The notes under the pieces are model-generated. The model was not told the DNA's origin and did no database searches. It saw only the letters and a program-made list of their open reading frames with translations. 64,000 nucleotides of DNA, from the NCBI GenBank assembly GCA_046484245.1, contig JAWOBN010000073.1, positions 19,465 through 83,464 of the forward strand, given 5' to 3'. Made by a program: the position numbers and the translations under genes. The DNA is from a bacterium (GTDB lineage Bacteria > Hydrothermota > 32-111). Below are positions 1 through 9,087 of the stretch, in pieces. How positions within the stretch are numbered: position 1 is the first letter of the stretch; each line of letters starts with the position of its first letter.

Positions 1-210
1 CTTCTTTTTCCTTGACTCCTTGATCAGCATCGGGATATTCTGATTATATGTGTAATAATTGACAAGCTCTTTGAGTATTAAAATAAGCTGATTATAATTT
101 TCCGATGTGGCATTGGTAATAAAATTCCACTGAACCTTATTCAGTTTTACTGTCAGCTCTTCTATTGTATCAGTTGTTTCCTTGAATATATCTATCAATT
201 TCTGATCCAT
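1..210 (-). CDS. Hypothetical protein, partial; the ORF starts at 210 and runs off the window edge
   Basis: Open minus-strand frame from ATG at 210-208 (MDQKLIDIFKETTDTIEEL...) with an AGGAG ribosome-binding site 7 nt upstream; no stop before position 1. It is absent from the ORF track because it is incomplete. Confidence 0.35.
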   Translation of the reverse strand, partial: MDQKLIDIFKETTDTIEELTVKLNKVQWNFITNATSENYNQLILILKELVNYYTYNQNIPMLIKESRKKK

Positions 211-325
211 GTTCAACTCCTCTTATTGTTATTTATTCTATTGTACTGAAAAAACAAAAAAATGCAAGAAATTTTCGTAAGATTAACAATAGCGTAGCTT
301 AAAAATATATGCTCAATGGAGACAG

Positions 326-356
326 TTGACAATTGAAAATTGGACATTATTATAAT
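326..356 (+). promoter_or_regulatory. Sigma70-like promoter, TTGACA-N17-ATTATA (or TATAAT at N19), upstream of the YbbR-like gene
   Basis: TTGACA at 326-331, 17-nt spacer, ATTATAAT at 349-356. The match is read directly from the sequence. The -10 element ends only about 5 nt before the ATG at 361. Confidence 0.35.
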
Positions 357-1293
357 CAATATGGATATAAAGAATATGTTGACGAGGAATCTCTATTTGA
401 AGATAATAGCTCTGGTGATTGCTGTTATAATCTGGTTCAATGCTGTTATCAACAGAACTGTTCAGATTGAGAGACCTATTGATGTTAATATATATGCTCT
501 TCCTGATTCAATGGCTTTCACGGATATATCAGACAGTGAGATTGATGTGCTGATGGAGGGAAGATCCAGTGAATTCATATCAATGAAACTCTTTAACAGA
601 TTCCCTGTTATTGAGATTAATATGTCCGAATACGAATCTGCTGATAACAGTTATACAATTGATATTGACAAGTCAATGTTCAACCTGCTTCCTGAAAGTA
701 ATATTGAAATTCTGAAAATTGAGGACAAGAGTATAAGATTCACCATTGATTCTCTCAGAAGCAAAGAGATCCCTGTTGTTCCCAGGACAGAGAATACACC
801 TGCTGAGAATTACACTATATCAAGCAGGGTGACAACAAAGCCTTCCCGCGTAGAAATAAGAGGAGGCAGGAGCAAGATAGAACCCGTCAATTATATTGAG
901 ACTGAGAAGATTGACCTCAGCGGATTATCATCTGATTATTCAAAAAATGTCCCTCTGAGCATCAAGGAATCATTTGTTGAGGTTGAACCCCGGTCTGTTT
1001 TGGTTAATATGCGAATTGAAAAACTCAGGAGCAAGGTGTTCACGGATGTCCCTGTTACCTATCTCAATTATCCCGTTAATATAGATATTGACTCCATAAC
1101 ACAGTCAGTTGATATTGAGATCAGGGGTCCTTCCGGAATTGTTCAAGAACTTCATTCAGGTGAATTCACCCCAATAATTGACCTTTCAGGTATCCGGGGA
1201 CCCGGTACATTCAAATATCCTGTGACAATTGACAGGGAAAGAATAGATGTAATATCAATCAAGCCTGAAACAGTCAGGGTGATTGTGAGATGA
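340..1293 (+). CDS. YbbR/CdaR-like domain protein; true start may be the ATG at 361 or 376
   Basis: 317-aa ORF with an N-terminal hydrophobic anchor (LYLKIIALVIAVIIWFNAV) followed by repeated beta-rich YbbR-like segments. Sits immediately upstream of tsaD with a 4-nt overlap. Confidence 0.5.
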   Translation: MDIIIINMDIKNMLTRNLYLKIIALVIAVIIWFNAVINRTVQIERPIDVNIYALPDSMAFTDISDSEIDVLMEGRSSEFISMKLFNRFPVIEINMSEYESADNSYTIDIDKSMFNLLPESNIEILKIEDKSIRFTIDSLRSKEIPVVPRTENTPAENYTISSRVTTKPSRVEIRGGRSKIEPVNYIETEKIDLSGLSSDYSKNVPLSIKESFVEVEPRSVLVNMRIEKLRSKVFTDVPVTYLNYPVNIDIDSITQSVDIEIRGPSGIVQELHSGEFTPIIDLSGIRGPGTFKYPVTIDRERIDVISIKPETVRVIVR

Positions 1294-2291
1294 CCTGTAT
1301 TATAGGAATAGAAACCTCCTGTGATGAAACAGCTGCAGCAATTGTAAAAGACGGCAGAGAGATCGTTTCATCTCAAATACATTCGCAATCCGTACATGCT
1401 CTTTACGGCGGTGTTGTCCCCGATCTTTCATCAAGGGAACATGTGAAACTGATTGACCGCATAGTGAACAAGACCCTTCAGAATGCCGGGCTCTCAGCCG
1501 GTGAGATTGACGCAGTGGCTGTCAATAACGGCCCGGGACTGATTCTGTCGCTCATGCCCGGTGTAATGTTCGCCAAGGGATTTGCAATGGCAGCAGGCAA
1601 ACCGCTTATTTCAATTGATCATATTGAGTCCCATATATATGCCATTGAGTTAAGCAATGACAGAACAGAGTATCCCATGATAGTCCTTGTGGCTTCAGGT
1701 GGCCATACAACTCTCTTTGAGGTTGACATTGAGTTCAATATGCATGTTCTGGGCAGTACAATGGATGATGCTGCAGGTGAGGCCTATGACAAATGCGGCA
1801 AGATGCTTGGATTTGATTATCCGGCAGGCCCCCGCATTGACAGGGAGTCGGATGACAATGCGGATTTTGCTGATTTCCCTGTCTCCAGATTGAAGGGATA
1901 TGATTTTTCATACAGTGGTCTCAAGACAGCGGTAATGTATTATCTCAGGGATAAAGACAATGAGACATTAAGGAAAAACAGAAATTCAATAGCAGCATCA
2001 GTCCAAAAAGCGATAAATGATCAGCTCATTGACCGCATATCAAAGGCAGTCAGGAACAGACACATAGAAAATATCGGTATTGCGGGCGGTGTTGCCGCGA
2101 ATTCCGATCTGAGGAAGAGGCTCGGGCAATATGCTGACAGGAGCAATATCAAATTATTCATGCCTGCAAAAAAGCTCTGCACAGATAATGCTGCAGGCAC
2201 AGCCGGTCTTGCATACAGGAAGTTTCTGAGGGGCGGGTTTGATGATATGTCAATGGATGTTTATACACAGATCAAGAAACATGTAATATAG
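1290..2291 (+). CDS. tsaD: tRNA N6-adenosine threonylcarbamoyltransferase TsaD (Kae1/Gcp family)
   Basis: The N-terminus MTCIIGIETSCDETAAAIV matches the Kae1/TsaD signature, and internal ASGGHT and GGVAAN motifs support it. Length is 333 aa. Confidence 0.9.
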   Translation: MTCIIGIETSCDETAAAIVKDGREIVSSQIHSQSVHALYGGVVPDLSSREHVKLIDRIVNKTLQNAGLSAGEIDAVAVNNGPGLILSLMPGVMFAKGFAMAAGKPLISIDHIESHIYAIELSNDRTEYPMIVLVASGGHTTLFEVDIEFNMHVLGSTMDDAAGEAYDKCGKMLGFDYPAGPRIDRESDDNADFADFPVSRLKGYDFSYSGLKTAVMYYLRDKDNETLRKNRNSIAASVQKAINDQLIDRISKAVRNRHIENIGIAGGVAANSDLRKRLGQYADRSNIKLFMPAKKLCTDNAAGTAGLAYRKFLRGGFDDMSMDVYTQIKKHVI

Positions 2292-2301
2292 AGGGGGTTT
2301 T

Positions 2302-2769
2302 ATGAAGTATTTTAAATGTTCTGTCTGCGGGTATCTGCATAGAGGGGAAGAACCGCCCGGACAATGTCCCAATTGCGGTGCTGCCCGGGAGCAATTCGCT
2401 CCTTCTGATAAACCGGATGAAAAGATACACATGTTCTACGGTGAGAAGATTGAATACGGGGATGAACCTGCTGTCAACCCGTTTTTCGGTAATTTCAAGT
2501 CATTATCGCCCTATATTTACAATCTCCCTCCCCGTAAAGGCATACCGCTGCACAAACATCCTTCAAATGATGAACTGTTTTTCATTATCAAGGGGAAGAT
2601 CAAATTTACAATTGGAGACAGGGTCATTGAAGCCGGTCAGGGTGATATACTGAAAGCAGATATGGGTACAGTACACGATTTTACAAATATTACAGGTGAG
2701 GCAGCCTCATTTTTGTCAGTGAAGGGGCCCAAACCTGTCAAGACAGTGAAAATTGAAAAGGAGGAATAG
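2302..2769 (+). CDS. Rubredoxin-like zinc-ribbon / cupin fusion protein
   Basis: N-terminal CSVCG...CPNCG rubredoxin-type four-Cys knuckle, then a cupin-like core (HKHPSNDELFFIIKGKIKF...AGQGDIL...GTVHDF). Lies 2 nt upstream of the dfx-like gene. Confidence 0.6.
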   Translation: MKYFKCSVCGYLHRGEEPPGQCPNCGAAREQFAPSDKPDEKIHMFYGEKIEYGDEPAVNPFFGNFKSLSPYIYNLPPRKGIPLHKHPSNDELFFIIKGKIKFTIGDRVIEAGQGDILKADMGTVHDFTNITGEAASFLSVKGPKPVKTVKIEKEE

Positions 2770-2770
2770 T

Positions 2771-3655
2771 ATGACAAAGAAATTGGAGATTTATAAATGC
2801 AATGTATGCGGAAATGTTGTTGAGGTGTTTACTGCAGGAGACGGAGCTCTTGTCTGCTGCGGAGAGGAGATGCAGCTTATGGAAGAAAAATTAACAGATG
2901 AGGGTGAAGAGAAACATGTGCCTTTCATAGACACACAGTCCGGTGAAACAGTTGTGAAAGTAGGTGAGGTTGCCCATCCCATGACAGATGAGCATCACAT
3001 AGAGTGGATAGAGGTCTATACAACAGATCACATGGAGAAGAAGTGTTTTCAGAGCGGTGACAAACCTGTCATAAAAATGCATTCTGATGATGAAATTGTA
3101 AAAGCGCGGTCTTACTGCAATATTCACGGTTTATGGGCAAAGGAGTCAGATGCATTGAAAATAATTGAAGTGGGAAATTATGAGAAGAATCAGCTGATTC
3201 TCATGGCACTCAAATCAGAGATTGATTCAGAGAAAATATACAGGGGTCTTGCAGAAAGAACTGAGAATGCATTTCTCAAAACAAAGATGACATTCCTTGC
3301 TGATGAAGAGAAAAAACACAAGGAATATTTTGAGGAATTGTTCAATGAGATGTTCCCGGAAAAGAATATTGAATTACCGGAGGATGATTTTGCGCCCGTG
3401 CCTGATATTGATCTGAATAAAGAGCAGCCTGTCAGTGAGATAATGAGGAAGGCAATGCTTGTAGAGGAAGCAGCCCATGATTTTTATATGGAATTGTCTC
3501 ATGTATTTGCAGAAAGCAAGAAGCTTGCCAATATGCTCAAATTCTTCGCATCAATGGAAATGATACATTATGCCATATTGAAGAATGAAGCTGAAAATAT
3601 TGAAAGAGATGAGGACTATCTTGCTGAGTGGCCGATGATACATGTCGGACCGTAA
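2771..3655 (+). CDS. Desulfoferrodoxin (2Fe superoxide reductase) fused to a C-terminal ferritin/rubrerythrin-like diiron domain
   Basis: GGAGG ribosome-binding site at 2759-2763 and ATG at 2771. The N-terminal desulforedoxin motif is CNVCGN...CCG. The SOR centre-II region runs HVPFIDT...HP...EHHIEWIEV...CNIHGLW. A roughly 170-aa C-terminal extension carries three ExxH motifs (EEKKH, EEAAH, EMIH) plus an upstream Glu, as expected for a four-helix diiron bundle. Confidence 0.75.
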   Translation: MTKKLEIYKCNVCGNVVEVFTAGDGALVCCGEEMQLMEEKLTDEGEEKHVPFIDTQSGETVVKVGEVAHPMTDEHHIEWIEVYTTDHMEKKCFQSGDKPVIKMHSDDEIVKARSYCNIHGLWAKESDALKIIEVGNYEKNQLILMALKSEIDSEKIYRGLAERTENAFLKTKMTFLADEEKKHKEYFEELFNEMFPEKNIELPEDDFAPVPDIDLNKEQPVSEIMRKAMLVEEAAHDFYMELSHVFAESKKLANMLKFFASMEMIHYAILKNEAENIERDEDYLAEWPMIHVGP

Positions 3656-3861
3656 ATATTATTGATATAGATGGGGTCTGCACAATCTCAGAGCAGTGAA
3701 TACCCGGTTATGGACAGGTTTTGTGCAAAGGCACTTAGAGAACTGTTCATCTCTTGAATTATTCACTATAAGCAGCCTATTCAATTGATTTAAGTTTGAA
3801 CAATGACTGCGGTCTTGATTTCTATCAATGGTAATATATAATCAATTTAAAAGGAATATCT

Positions 3862-5931
3862 ATGAACACAAAGAAATGGGAAAACACATTAAACAGGAAA
3901 TTCAAAAAGCCGTTAAGCAGAAAAGAGATTGCCGGTATATTGGGTGTCAGTCCGGATAATAAGACATTTCGTGAATATATTGAGACACTTATACTTACAG
4001 GAAAGATAATTGAGCTGAAGAACGGCAAACTCGGCTATGCATCAAAAATGAATATGATGAGCGGTATTATTGATGTCAATCCAAAGGGATTCGGATTTGT
4101 ATCACCTGATGACAGGAGTGAGGATATCTATATACCGATGCATAATATGTATACTGCAATGGACAAGGACAGGGTGCTTGTCAAGATAATACGCGATCAG
4201 GCTCACAAGAAGAGAGAGGGCAAGGTCGTGTCTGTCCTTGAAAGACATACTGACAAACTCACAGGGAAATTGATAAGGGGCAACAGATATCTCTATGTAA
4301 TCCCTGATGACAAGAATATTGTTAAGAATATATTTGTTGTCAATGAACCTGACAAGGATTGGATCAATAAGCGTGTTGTGGTAAATCTGCTTCAATGGAC
4401 AAGTCCCAAAAGAAATCCCGAAGGTGAGGTCACCGAACTCCTTGAGTTTGACAATAAAACAGACCTGCACAGCAAGATGATACTTATTGAAAATGGTTTT
4501 GACGATGCATTCCCCGGTGATGTGCTGGATTATACAGGGGACATTGAATTTGATGTCAATGAGGATTTGAAGAACAGGAGAGACCTCAGGGAAAAGACAG
4601 TCATGACAATTGACCCCAAGACAGCCAAGGATTTTGATGATGGTGTCTCTGTTGAAATGAAGGGGAATAATTACCTTATAGGTGTACATATTGCTGATGT
4701 GTCCTATTTTGTAAAGGAAAAATCCCCTGTTGACATTGAAGCTTACAAAAGAGCCACGAGTGTCTATCTTGTTGATAAGACAGTTCCCATGCTCCCCGAA
4801 AAACTCTCCAATGATCTGTGTTCCCTCAATCCTGAAGAGGATAAATACGCCATGACCTGTATGTTTGAGATGAATAATAATGGTGATATAGTTGATTATG
4901 AAATTTTCCCTTCAGTAATAAGGAGCAAGAAACGCTTTGATTACGAAGAGGCGCAGGATGTTATTGATTCAAAGACCTCCTCTCCATTCAGACAAGACCT
5001 TGTCCTGCTTAATGATGCTGCCTCAATACTGAGGAAGAAATACAAGGCTCAGGGCAAGATTGACTTTGATAAACCTGAAGCGGAAATTATTCTAAATGAG
5101 AATAAAGAACCGGTGGATATTCATCAGAAGAAACGGCTGGATACCCACAAATTGGTTGAGGACTTCATGGTCACTGCAAACAGCATTGTAGCCCGCCATA
5201 TCAGTGAGTCAAAAACACAGTCAATATACAGGACGCATGAAGTGCCTGATGAGGAAAAACTCAATGCCATGACGAATATAGTCAGCAAGTTCGGTTATAA
5301 ACTGAAGAAACCCACACCTGCAAATATACAGGCAATGCTGGAGAAATCAAATAATTCAACAAATGAATTTCTTATAAAAGAGACTGTGCTCAAATCAATG
5401 AAAAGGGCGAAATATTCAATAGACAATCCGGGGCATTACGGTCTGGGACTCCGCTTCTATACTCACTTCACATCCCCCATAAGGAGATATCCGGATCTGA
5501 TTATTCACAGGATACTGAGGTCATTGGACAGGGGCGGGAAATCTTCTGCAGGCAATCTGGAACTGACTGCAAAGCATTCGTCTGAGCGTGAATGGGCTGC
5601 GGAAAAAGCGGAGAATGATTCAGTTGATATTGCTAAAATGACTTTTATTGCAGAGAATGTCCAAAAGACATATGACGGCATAATAGCATCAGTGACATCA
5701 TTCGGTATATTTATCCGTCTTAGTGATATAATGACTGACGGCCTGGTGAGATTCCGCGATCTTGATGATGATTATTATAAGATAGAAGAAGACGGGTTCT
5801 CTGCAGAGGGTGTTCATACAGGCAAGAAGATAACAGTCGGTGATAATGTGACTGTATCAGTAAAGAGTATTGATCCTGAGAAGATGAAACTTGATCTGGC
5901 TATTGTAGATTATGACAAAAGGCAGCAATAA
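3862..5931 (+). CDS. rnr: Ribonuclease R (RNB family 3'-5' exoribonuclease) with a C-terminal S1 domain
   Basis: 689 aa with an N-terminal HTH/cold-shock region, an RNB catalytic core (DPKTAKDFDDGVSVE, YRTHEVPDEEKL, HFTSPIRRYPDLIIHR) and a C-terminal S1 domain (GIIASVTSFGIFIRL). Confidence 0.9.
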   Translation: MNTKKWENTLNRKFKKPLSRKEIAGILGVSPDNKTFREYIETLILTGKIIELKNGKLGYASKMNMMSGIIDVNPKGFGFVSPDDRSEDIYIPMHNMYTAMDKDRVLVKIIRDQAHKKREGKVVSVLERHTDKLTGKLIRGNRYLYVIPDDKNIVKNIFVVNEPDKDWINKRVVVNLLQWTSPKRNPEGEVTELLEFDNKTDLHSKMILIENGFDDAFPGDVLDYTGDIEFDVNEDLKNRRDLREKTVMTIDPKTAKDFDDGVSVEMKGNNYLIGVHIADVSYFVKEKSPVDIEAYKRATSVYLVDKTVPMLPEKLSNDLCSLNPEEDKYAMTCMFEMNNNGDIVDYEIFPSVIRSKKRFDYEEAQDVIDSKTSSPFRQDLVLLNDAASILRKKYKAQGKIDFDKPEAEIILNENKEPVDIHQKKRLDTHKLVEDFMVTANSIVARHISESKTQSIYRTHEVPDEEKLNAMTNIVSKFGYKLKKPTPANIQAMLEKSNNSTNEFLIKETVLKSMKRAKYSIDNPGHYGLGLRFYTHFTSPIRRYPDLIIHRILRSLDRGGKSSAGNLELTAKHSSEREWAAEKAENDSVDIAKMTFIAENVQKTYDGIIASVTSFGIFIRLSDIMTDGLVRFRDLDDDYYKIEEDGFSAEGVHTGKKITVGDNVTVSVKSIDPEKMKLDLAIVDYDKRQQ

Positions 5932-5941
5932 TGGAGGAATT

Positions 5942-7396
5942 ATGAAAGAGGGTTTGACATTTGATGATGTGCTTTTAATACCGGGACGGTCATCCGTATT
6001 GCCTTCCGATGTAAGTCTGAAGACATCATTTACCCGGAATATCAAGCTCAATATACCTGTTGTATCAGCTGCCATGGATACTGTGACTGACCATAATATG
6101 GCCATATCAATAGCCAAAGAGGGCGGCATAGGTGTGGTTCACAAGAATATGTCTATTGAAAGGCAGGCTGAGGAGATCAAAAAGGTGAAGAGGTATGAAT
6201 CAGGCATGATCACCAATCCTCTGACAGTCCGTCCTGATCACAGTCTGGCTCATGCAAAGGGAATAATGAAGGAATACCATATATCCGGTCTTCCTGTTGT
6301 GGACAGTGATAATGTTCTTGTGGGCATACTGACAAGAAGAGACCTTCAGCTGGAGGATCAGCTCAACAGGAAGGTCAAAGAGCGGATGACAACAGAGAAG
6401 CTCATAACAGCAGGGGAAGGAACAGGTATTGATGAAGCGAAGAATATTCTGAAGAAATACAAAGTGGAGAAACTGCCTATAGTTGATAAAGACGGCAGGC
6501 TCCTGGGCCTTATCACAATCAGGGATATTCTCAATGAAATAGAATTCCCATTTGCCTGCAAGGATTCAATGAGCAGGCTTATGGTGGCGGCAGCAGTAGG
6601 CCCCGGCAGTGATTCACTTCAGAGAGCTGATGCACTTGTGTCTTCAGGAGTTGACTGTCTTGTGATTGATACTGCCCACGGGCATTCTGAGAATGTGATG
6701 AAGACCATATCAACGATACGAAAGAAATACAGTGATATTGATATTGTTGCCGGCAATATAGCCACTGCAGAAGCTGCCAGGGATTTGATAGAACTGGGAG
6801 TGGATGGGCTGAAGGTGGGTATCGGGCCGGGATCAATCTGTACAACCAGGGTTATAGCAGGCATAGGCGTGCCGCAGCTGACAGCCATACTGGATGTTGT
6901 TGACGAAACCGGAGGTGATGTCCCGGTGATTGCAGACGGCGGGATAAAATATTCCGGTGATGCTGTAAAGGCGCTTGCAGCAGGTGCAGACAGTGTCATG
7001 ATAGGATCACTCTTGGCAGGAACAGATGAAGCTCCAGGAGAGACGGTGCTCATGGACGGAAGAAAATACAAGGTTTACAGGGGTATGGGCTCCATTGATG
7101 CCATGCGGGACGGTTCATCAGACAGATATTTTCAGAATGACACAAGCAAACTTGTCCCTGAGGGTATTGTGGGAAGAGTCCCTTATAATGGCCGTGTATC
7201 GGAGATTGTCTTTCAGCTGACAGGCGGGATCAGATCAGGTATGGGATACTGCGGTGCAGGAGATATTGCCGGTCTGCAGAAAATGAGGAAATTTGTGAGA
7301 ATCTCAGGCGCGGGATTAAAGGAATCACATCCGCATGATGTTATCATATCCAAGGAATCACCCAATTACGAACCGCCTGAGAGAAACAGGAGCTGA
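5942..7396 (+). CDS. guaB: Inosine-5'-monophosphate dehydrogenase
   Basis: GGAGG ribosome-binding site before the ATG at 5942 ([15 protein letters not shown]). Tandem CBS domains are present, and the catalytic loop [11 protein letters not shown] and GGIKYSGD motifs are characteristic of IMPDH. Confidence 0.92.
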   Translation: MKEGLTFDDVLLIPGRSSVLPSDVSLKTSFTRNIKLNIPVVSAAMDTVTDHNMAISIAKEGGIGVVHKNMSIERQAEEIKKVKRYESGMITNPLTVRPDHSLAHAKGIMKEYHISGLPVVDSDNVLVGILTRRDLQLEDQLNRKVKERMTTEKLITAGEGTGIDEAKNILKKYKVEKLPIVDKDGRLLGLITIRDILNEIEFPFACKDSMSRLMVAAAVGPGSDSLQRADALVSSGVDCLVIDTAHGHSENVMKTISTIRKKYSDIDIVAGNIATAEAARDLIELGVDGLKVGIGPGSICTTRVIAGIGVPQLTAILDVVDETGGDVPVIADGGIKYSGDAVKALAAGADSVMIGSLLAGTDEAPGETVLMDGRKYKVYRGMGSIDAMRDGSSDRYFQNDTSKLVPEGIVGRVPYNGRVSEIVFQLTGGIRSGMGYCGAGDIAGLQKMRKFVRISGAGLKESHPHDVIISKESPNYEPPERNRS

Positions 7397-7398
7397 GT

Positions 7399-7605
7399 AT
7401 GATAGACGGTGATATGTATGTTGAAGATATTGTCAGCAATTATCCGGATGCTGTCAAATTCCTCATGGAGAGGGATGTCATATGCATCAAATGCGGGGCA
7501 CCTGTATGGGGGACTCTCAATGAACTGCTTGCAGAACAGAATATTGAAAACCCCGATTCATTTATCCGGGAAATGAATGATCATATCCTGCATAAAGATG
7601 ATTAA
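7399..7605 (+). CDS. DUF1858-like small redox protein (hybrid-cluster-protein-associated CxxC family)
   Basis: 68 aa. The N-terminus (MIDGDMYVEDIVSNYPDAVKFLMERDVICIKCG) has the layout of the DUF1858 family, with a single CIKCG motif. Confidence 0.5.
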   Translation: MIDGDMYVEDIVSNYPDAVKFLMERDVICIKCGAPVWGTLNELLAEQNIENPDSFIREMNDHILHKDD

Positions 7606-7957
7606 GATAATTGTTGTTGAAAAACTCACGGATAAGACAATTCTCCAGACAACAGTCTGCCCGGAACAGTATAACAGTATAATTGAAAGATACACGGAAA
7701 TATTCCCCGGCAAATACTATGAAATAATCATTGCAAAGCATGAGGAGCATCTCAATGAGGAGGGGGACTCTACAGATATAAAAAGAATTATTTCACGCAT
7801 CCTCAAACCCCTGTGGTTTTTTGTTATTCCTCTCTTGAATATTGTCCTTATATATATTCTGGTGCACAGTGCTGATGTATTTTCAATCTCACTCATTATA
7901 ATACTCACAGTCATAATGATAATGGGCGGTATCCTCATTGTAAGGAGCGGGGATTGA
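7577..7957 (+). CDS. Hypothetical small membrane protein; start may be the internal ATG at 7598
   Basis: 126-aa ORF with two C-terminal hydrophobic helices. It overlaps the previous ORF by 29 nt, and its stop overlaps the start of the next gene. Confidence 0.4.
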   Translation: MIISCIKMIKIIVVEKLTDKTILQTTVCPEQYNSIIERYTEIFPGKYYEIIIAKHEEHLNEEGDSTDIKRIISRILKPLWFFVIPLLNIVLIYILVHSADVFSISLIIILTVIMIMGGILIVRSGD

Positions 7958-9057
7958 ATATTCTCATTATCAACTGGAGGGATATCTATAATCCCCTCTA
8001 TGGCGGTGCAGAGATACATATAACGAAAATAGCCGATTATCTGAAAAAGTCCGGCAATGTATTCTTTCTCACCTCTCATTACAGCGGAGCACCGTATTCT
8101 GAAAAACGCAATGGTATCAATTATATCAGAATGGGCAATGAATATCTCTTCAATTACTCGGTATATATGCATTTGAAAAAAATTATCAGATATTACGGTA
8201 TTGATTTTGTTATTGAGGATATAAATAAAATACCCTTCTACACTCCGCTTCTCACATCAAAACCGCAGCTTACTGTTGTGCCCCATATATTCGGGGAATC
8301 CATTTTTGAACAGACAAATTCCTTATTTGCATCCTATGTCTATCTGGCGGAAAAGCCCATACCTTATGTGTATAAGGACAAGCAGTTTGAGGTAATATCC
8401 CGGTCAACAATGAATGATCTTACAGGCAGGGGCATCCAGAGGGATAATATCACTGTTATTGAATGCGGTATTGACCGGACATATGCATATATGCGCAGGA
8501 TAAGGAAGTCGGATAAACCGCTCATTGTATATGTGGGAAGATTGAAGAAGTATAAATCCGTACAGCATATAATCAGGGCAATGGAGCATATCAAGATGGA
8601 ATTGCCGAGGTCAAAACTCATTATCGCAGGCAAGGGTGATTATGAGAGTGAATTAATTTATTTGACACAAAAGCTTGGTCTTGAAAAACATGTTGAATTT
8701 GCCGGGTATATTTCAGAGGAGAAGAAGTGGCAATTGCTTAGACAGGCCTGGGTCAGTGTGTATCCGTCATTGATAGAGGGGTGGGGTATTGTCAATATTG
8801 AAGCCAATCTTATGAAAACACCTGTTGTCTGTTCCGATGTAGAGGGTCTCAGGGATTCTGTCAAAAACAATTATTCCGGTATGCTCTATGAATACGGCAA
8901 TATCGGAGATCTCAGCAGCTCTATACTTGCACTATTGAAGAATGAGGGATTAAGGGCTCAGTATGAGAACAATGCCCTTGAATGGGCGGAAAATTTCACA
9001 TGGGAAAATACAGGGAAGCGGACAGAGATACTGATAAACAGTATTGCCGGATATTGA
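7954..9057 (+). CDS. Glycosyltransferase family 4 (GT-B fold, group 1)
   Basis: 367 aa. The C-terminal EGWGIVNIEANLMKTPVVCSDVEGLRDSV matches the E-x7-E GT4 signature, and the N-terminal domain binds the acceptor (NWRDIYNPLYGGAE). Confidence 0.75.
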   Translation: MNILIINWRDIYNPLYGGAEIHITKIADYLKKSGNVFFLTSHYSGAPYSEKRNGINYIRMGNEYLFNYSVYMHLKKIIRYYGIDFVIEDINKIPFYTPLLTSKPQLTVVPHIFGESIFEQTNSLFASYVYLAEKPIPYVYKDKQFEVISRSTMNDLTGRGIQRDNITVIECGIDRTYAYMRRIRKSDKPLIVYVGRLKKYKSVQHIIRAMEHIKMELPRSKLIIAGKGDYESELIYLTQKLGLEKHVEFAGYISEEKKWQLLRQAWVSVYPSLIEGWGIVNIEANLMKTPVVCSDVEGLRDSVKNNYSGMLYEYGNIGDLSSSILALLKNEGLRAQYENNALEWAENFTWENTGKRTEILINSIAGY

Positions 9058-9087
9058 CATTGATGTTATTCGCATTATAATTGTTCT

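Noticed and set aside
4102-4689. 195-aa minus-strand ORF inside rnr
   Set aside because: It overlaps the RNB catalytic core of RNase R on the opposite strand and has no supporting motifs.
6619-7071. 150-aa minus-strand ORF antisense to guaB
   Set aside because: It falls in the more GC-rich part of a highly conserved gene, where long antisense frames arise by chance, and has an Ala/Ser/Pro-rich composition.
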